The translations under genes were made by a program, and so were the position numbers. This document shows, piece after piece, positions 58,401 through 64,000 of a DNA stretch of 64,000 nucleotides. Every line of letters begins with the position of its first letter. The first letter of the stretch is position 1. The DNA lies in the NCBI GenBank assembly GCA_030141605.1, contig JAQGDQ010000957.1, positions 12,369 through 76,368 on the forward strand, in the 5' to 3' direction. The notes under the pieces are model-generated. The model was not told where the DNA came from. It did not search any database and was given only the letters and a program-made list of their open reading frames with translations. This DNA comes from Tubiluchus corallicola (lineage: Eukaryota > Animalia > Priapulida).

Positions 58401-61400
58401 AATTTACAATTCCACACAATTTAAATACTCTAACTCTAACACTAACCCCAACCCTAACTCTAAACTTAACATTAACGCCAACTGCAACCCTAACACTAAC
58501 CCCAACCCCAACCCTAACTCTAAACCTAATGCTAACACCAACTGTAAACCTAACACTAACCCCAACTCTAAACCTAAACCTAACACTAACCCCAACTCTA
58601 AACCTAAACCTAACACTAACCCCAACTCTAAACCTAAACCTAACACTAACCCCAACTCTAAACCTAAACCTAACACTAACCCCAACTCTAAACCTAAACC
58701 TAACACTAACCCCAACTCTAAACCTAAACCTAACACTAACCCCAACTCTAAACCTAAACCTGACCACTAACCCCAACCCTAAACCTAAACCTAACACTAA
58801 CCCCAACTCTAAACCTAAACCTGACCACTAACCCCAACCCTAACTGTAAACCTAACACTAATACCAACCGTAACCCTAACCCTAATCTGCTTCACAAACT
58901 AATTTCTTGTGTGCAGGGAATTGAAAAGTTTAGTTGTCTACTACACCTGCAGCTTATAATTTGGACTGGTGTTTGTGTAAAAATAAATGTTTGCACATTA
59001 ACAAGTTCGGACTAAAAAAATAGCAACCTAGCAGTAAAACATAAGTTGCCACTTGCCCTAATATAAAAAGGTATTTAGGAACCGGATTTAGGCATCTGTA
59101 AGAATGGATGGATGGCCGTTTATCAACTATTTTTACACGAACAATCTTTCACAGTCAAGCTGAAGAATCATCAAAAATTACATTTATCTCTTTCAAACAT
59201 CAGAATTTGCCTCCAGTAAATGAAAGAATGCCAGAACGCATACAATAGGCAACAACCCACATTAATGCTAATGCTAAAACACAACAAAAGTCCATCAGAA
59301 ATTTTATAAAGTGCTTACTTAAAATCAGGCACGTACTATATATATTACCCGACTATACAGTTGTGGCAAAGTTTGGTTTTTAAGAGGCAGTAATAATCAA
59401 GAGTGTATAACATACCAAAAAAACCAGCGATATATAAAACTAAAGATATATCACCAAATAAAATAGTAAGAAAGTATTTCCTTCATAAATACTTTGTTCT
59501 TGGGACATGCATGTTTGCAAGTATTTTCAGGAATACTAAACAGGATTTTTTATTATAATCATAATTCATGAAATTATTTACAAAATGTTGTTAACTCACA
59601 GTGAATTTTACTTGTGGGCATTTTTGTAAACATATTTCACACATAGTAGAATTAAGTAAATGCTAATAAAATGTACTTTGGTGTTCATTTAACAGAACTC
59701 ACTGCCTTATCATTAATGTATTATTTATTGCTGATTGTCAGTGCTTTAACACATAAATTAGTATTTAAAATTAGGAAAAAAATATTTAATTGTAAGATGC
59801 TCATTAACTTTTTTATCAGAAACATCCTAACCAAAAACTTTCAAAAATATGTGGCTTTTCTCTAAATAATACCTGCTGTGTAGTGAGATCCCACTGATGA
59901 TTTTGGAAGGACTCCCGGTCTACGGTGAAAACTGGAACTACATAGATGGGCACATCAGCCACATTGCTGCTAACGTGGACCCTCTTCAGATATAGTGTTG
60001 TAATTTCATCTAAAAGGAAAATCATATCTCAAATTATTTTTCTAAAGTTGATGATGCGTTACCAAAAAAGCCAAAAACAAATTCTCTGACAGCAAACTCG
60101 CAAGTCTGAAGTGTTTTGCGAGTTACTGTCACCACGTTATTGCAAACTCTCCGACAGTTAATACAAGTTGATTTCCCGCGAGTTACAGTCTAGCCTGAAT
60201 GCCTCGGTGAGTTACTTTAGACATTTTTCGCAGTGAACAGAGAAATCACAGTGTCAGCTCGTGCTCACTGTCGCAGAGTAAAGTGCAGCAATCTAGTCTT
60301 TCTAGTCTGAACATGCTTGTGAGTTGCTTGGCAAGTTACTTGGCTACTTAAACTCGCTAGTATGAACGCATTGTTAGAAAGAGAAACAATTTACACGTCT
60401 AGACATTTGAGTTAAGTTACATTGCACAGCATATCCCCCCGTGGTGGTTATAGAATTTCACCACTCAATACTGTACCACTAGCAGAACTTACTAACAGGA
60501 ACAGCACAACTTCCTTTTTCATTCAGATCTTGTAAAATCTGCGTCATTATCTTTGGCAATGTTTGTTTGCTTTCTTCACGGGACAAGAATCCAGTTTCTC
60601 TCTGCAAGATATGCAAAATTAAAACTAGAAAAAAGAAGTGTTACTCAAGCCCATGATGCAACAAAGCGTCCAGCATCCAGAAGCGAGAAAGAATTTATAT
60701 AGTGTCAATGGGTGATTTTGGCAGCAGACGCTGGAAGTTCTTCCGATTTTTGGCTATGACTAGGCCAGCGAATAAATAAAGTCGCAAAAAGGAAGCACCG
60801 AGAACTACATTTGATATTGTCCATTTTGGTCTTTCTGTGAAGAATGAAGGGATTGAACACCAGATGCTGGAGGCTGGAAACCAGGCACTAAACACTTTGT
60901 TGTATCATAGGCATTATTCAACCTACTTCCTATAGTCTTTAGCACAAAAGTGGGATAAAGTGCAATTAGTTAAAAATTTCAAGGCATTTTGTACCATTGC
61001 CAACTGCATAAAATAAAACAAAATGTCTTTTCATGCACAAATTGTCAAATTCTCAACAAGCTGTTATAAAGATTCAAATTACACAGCTCATTCATTAAAA
61101 TGCCATTATTGTTTAGAAGTGATTTTTGGAACAAAGTTAATGTACGATCTTAAATTTTTGAAGAAAACAAGGACAACAATGAACAATCAACTGGTTTTTA
61201 TTTTTCACATCAGGCAACAGCAAAAAATACGGGCACTAAAACAGAGGTAATTAAGTTTTTTGTGGCTAAAAGCTATTCAAATGAACTGTATATTATGCTT
61301 CAGATTTTTGAAGAGTAGTACAACATTGAAGATCGGGTTGATTCAAGAACACACAAGATATTCTCGAAAATAAGTTGCAGATTTTACTATTTCAATAACA

Positions 61401-63399
61401 AAAAAGAAAGCAACCGCAAAATTTCACTTTTTATAATTGATGTTACTACAGTAAACTTCGCATAACTCAAATCAAACCGGAACGAAAAAAACTTTGAGCA
61501 TTTTCCAGCATAGAAGCTCTAAATCCCTCCTCCAAATGATGAGCTAAATAGAAGGCAGAAAGTCAACCCCTCTATACATATACAATGAGAGTTCATGACA
61601 ATTACATAATAAATAACCAATTATTTAGTGAGACCCGATTTTTTAATGTTACAAAAGGACACGTGTACAACGCTGTTAAACAATGTGACAATAAGAAAAT
61701 AATCGGGGGGGGGGGGGGGTGACTTGTAAGACATCAGAATTTTCGCGGAAGACAATACTGCTTTCGAGTTGTACGAAATTACATGTATTTTGATTAAATG
61801 GACAGTAATTTTTTTATTTGAGTTGGCGAAGTTTTGAGTTATATATTTTGAATTAAGCAGTGTTTACTGTTGTACTTTCTGAAATATTATGATAATGTAT
61901 TATATGATTATTATGATTATGAAATGTATCATACAAACCTCTAAATTAATGAGATAATTTGATAATTTGCGCACAATCTTTTCGTAAGGTCGACTGTTGG
62001 CACTAGCTTCAAACACAAAGCACATGTTAAAGATGAGAGCATTCCGAGCGTACTTCGTATGATCAATGCAAACTGGACACCCCATTATCTTCTTACCAAA
62101 TGCATTGCTAAATTAAAACAATAACAACGAAAATATAGCACGGTCTAAAGAAAACAGAAATTTTTAATAATCATTGTTCCACTAGTAGTGCTTTTTATTA
62201 AATTTAAAAAAAGGAAAAAAAATCAATTTATTTTTTAAAGCTTTTAATGAAATGACTACACAGTAACTCTAATTGGTGTCTTTTCACACACACATTATTA
62301 AACATTGATATTAGACATGTGTGCTTTATTTAATTGGGCCTGCTACTGTGCACTCAGTACAACTTATTAAGGCTTTTGTGGCAGAAAGTAAATAGTGAAG
62401 TTTGCTAACACATTATGCAGAAATACTGTGTGTTTGTTTACTAAATACACTTTTTTATGCTTTAAACATAAAAAAACTTACCGTTATAGAAATTTTTTTG
62501 CAATTGGATTGAAAATGTTTTTCACAGACTTTTGTTTGATTGTTTATCAACAGCAAATGACATGTGAAAAATCAAACAGCACTTATATATACTAAACAAA
62601 GTTGAGGACAGTTCTTATAGCATCAGAGTAGAACGATTTATTACCATTGAACTGGGGTGTTCCTGCAACTGCAGTGCAAAGCTAGTATTAAAGAATTTTC
62701 ACGTTTTATCTTACCACAGTCACAAGTTAGCATTTTCTTGATACACTTTGATGCACTGCAAGTCGGAATCTGGCATTCAACGACAGTTGGGCAATGATAT
62801 TTATGGCAAGATCGGAGCCAATCTCACCATCTAAGATGAGCTAGTGAACAACAGTGGCAGAAGTGCCTAAATCATATTTGGATATACATACTACCTCTAA
62901 AAAGTAAAGAGTCAGAATCACCAAGGCTAATGCAACCACTCAAAGCAAGTGCTGAACCTTGGCAGTTACATGGCATTCACACAAAGTGCGTTACACATGA
63001 CTACTTGGCTATAGTATTACTTGTAAGAAAATAATTCTTAAACCAAAGTTAATGTAACTATCTAAGCAACTACAATGTGACTACACTCTCAGCTGTTGCT
63101 GTGATTTGTTAAACTAAGTTCATATAGAACGTTTTTGCTGATTGGGAAATGCTAAAAGATATGTATTACACAGGTCATATTACGTTACACACTGCAACTT
63201 TCCAAGTTATGGGCTTTTTAAAGGGTTTTGTACTAAAAACACTAATACGAACAAAAGTCAAGTTTGCTTTAACATTGACTCTGAATGACAGTTTGGCTTG
63301 CACTTACGACATAATGAGTCTCCCTTGTAACTGAGGTTTAGTTATAATATAAACGTGAACAGCATCAAAGATTTCTCTGCTGATATAATCTTCAGGAAC
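55402..63399 (-). CDS. NPRL2: GATOR1 complex subunit NPRL2, 5'-partial. Exons 63399-63308, 62107-61939, 60601-60493, 60009-59873, 58174-58040, 57560-57467, 56943-56823, 56035-55881, 55469-55402
   Basis: [64 protein letters not shown]...[42 protein letters not shown]-terminal CWK*. GT-AG boundaries, phases consistent. First exon lies beyond the window. Confidence 0.93.
55542..55728. repeat. ~100-bp imperfect tandem duplication in last NPRL2 intron
   Basis: ctaaaattc...tacatcataaaatatgttt...caatgccagtggacata...gtttaattcattaaattataaatatgca occurs twice. Confidence 0.85.
58428..58885. repeat. Telomere-like (TAACCC-derived) minisatellite with 30-bp higher-order unit
   Basis: Unit taacac-taaccc-caactc-taaacc-taaacc is repeated perfectly in the centre, with degenerate hexamers at both edges. 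Confidence 0.92.
61449..61869. mobile_element. Second copy of the pogo/Tigger-like MITE at 38889-39369
   Basis: TA|cagtaaacttcgcataactcaaatc ... gtttactg; colinear internal similarity. Confidence 0.78.
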
Positions 63400-64000
63400 C
63401 TGAAAGTCAATTATGAGACTAATTATTATTGTATTACATAAATGGATCATTTAAAGAAAGCAAAGTTCAGTATTGACAATCTGCACAATAGTCATAAATG
63501 AGACACAAAGTAAGTTAATAAACAGTTTAGTGGGGAATCAAAAATAGCAATACAGTTGCCTATTGTTTGTAGCAAGGATTTGTATATTGAGTGTGTTTTA
63601 TTAACTATTTTTTCTTTTATCATAATCCGACAAGCTGCATTTTAAACAATTTATTTTGTGTGGAACATGATAGTGTTGTTGAACACTTCTGAAATACTCA
63701 TGGTATAGATAATCTATGTTTAGCAGATGTCCAGAATTGCATTATGTTTTGTCGATTGTTTCTTGCAAATTCAGGTGTACGTATGTGCGGAATAAATTAC
63801 ACAAGGGGTTTTATTAGATATGTGGAACAGAGTGCATATTGTTTAACATGACTGCTTGCAAACTTTGTCTTCAATGCCATCATAACTGCAGAAGATACTT
63901 TGTTCAGAGAAAAAATATTTAAGTTTTAAATTGTACTTCAGAAGAGATTGCGGTCAAGTTCAAATATAGGTCCCTACGACTTTTCAAAGGTCAGGGCTTT

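Noticed and set aside
58369-58831. PN/LG/RF-repeat ORFs
   Set aside because: Translations of the telomere-like minisatellite within an NPRL2 intron.

Overview
AT-rich, intron-containing animal genomic DNA, apparently an invertebrate bilaterian (the species cannot be determined from sequence alone). Five genes can be reconstructed by hand from splice sites and reading frames: (1) an intronless ARPC1 (Arp2/3 p41) CDS; (2) a 9-coding-exon, ~1770-aa single-pass sialomucin on the minus strand, with a 4.3-kb Ser/Thr-rich exon, a TM helix and a cytoplasmic tail ending DAWIVPLED...DTHL*, the signature of vertebrate podocalyxin (CD34 family); (3) a single-coding-exon LRRN/NLRR-type LRR-Ig-FN3-TM receptor; (4) a 7-exon, somewhat divergent GALE; (5) NPRL2 on the minus strand, with its first exon(s) outside the window. 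Non-coding DNA is dense with non-autonomous elements: a 5S rRNA-headed SINE with an 11-bp TSD inserted into a Penelope-like repeat that carries a hammerhead-ribozyme-like core (the empty site is also in the window), several hAT- and Tc1/pogo-type MITEs (two inserted back-to-back at one target site), LINE 3' fragments, microsatellites and a telomere-like 30-bp minisatellite. The standout candidate is the podocalyxin/CD34-like gene, because that family is usually described as vertebrate-restricted.
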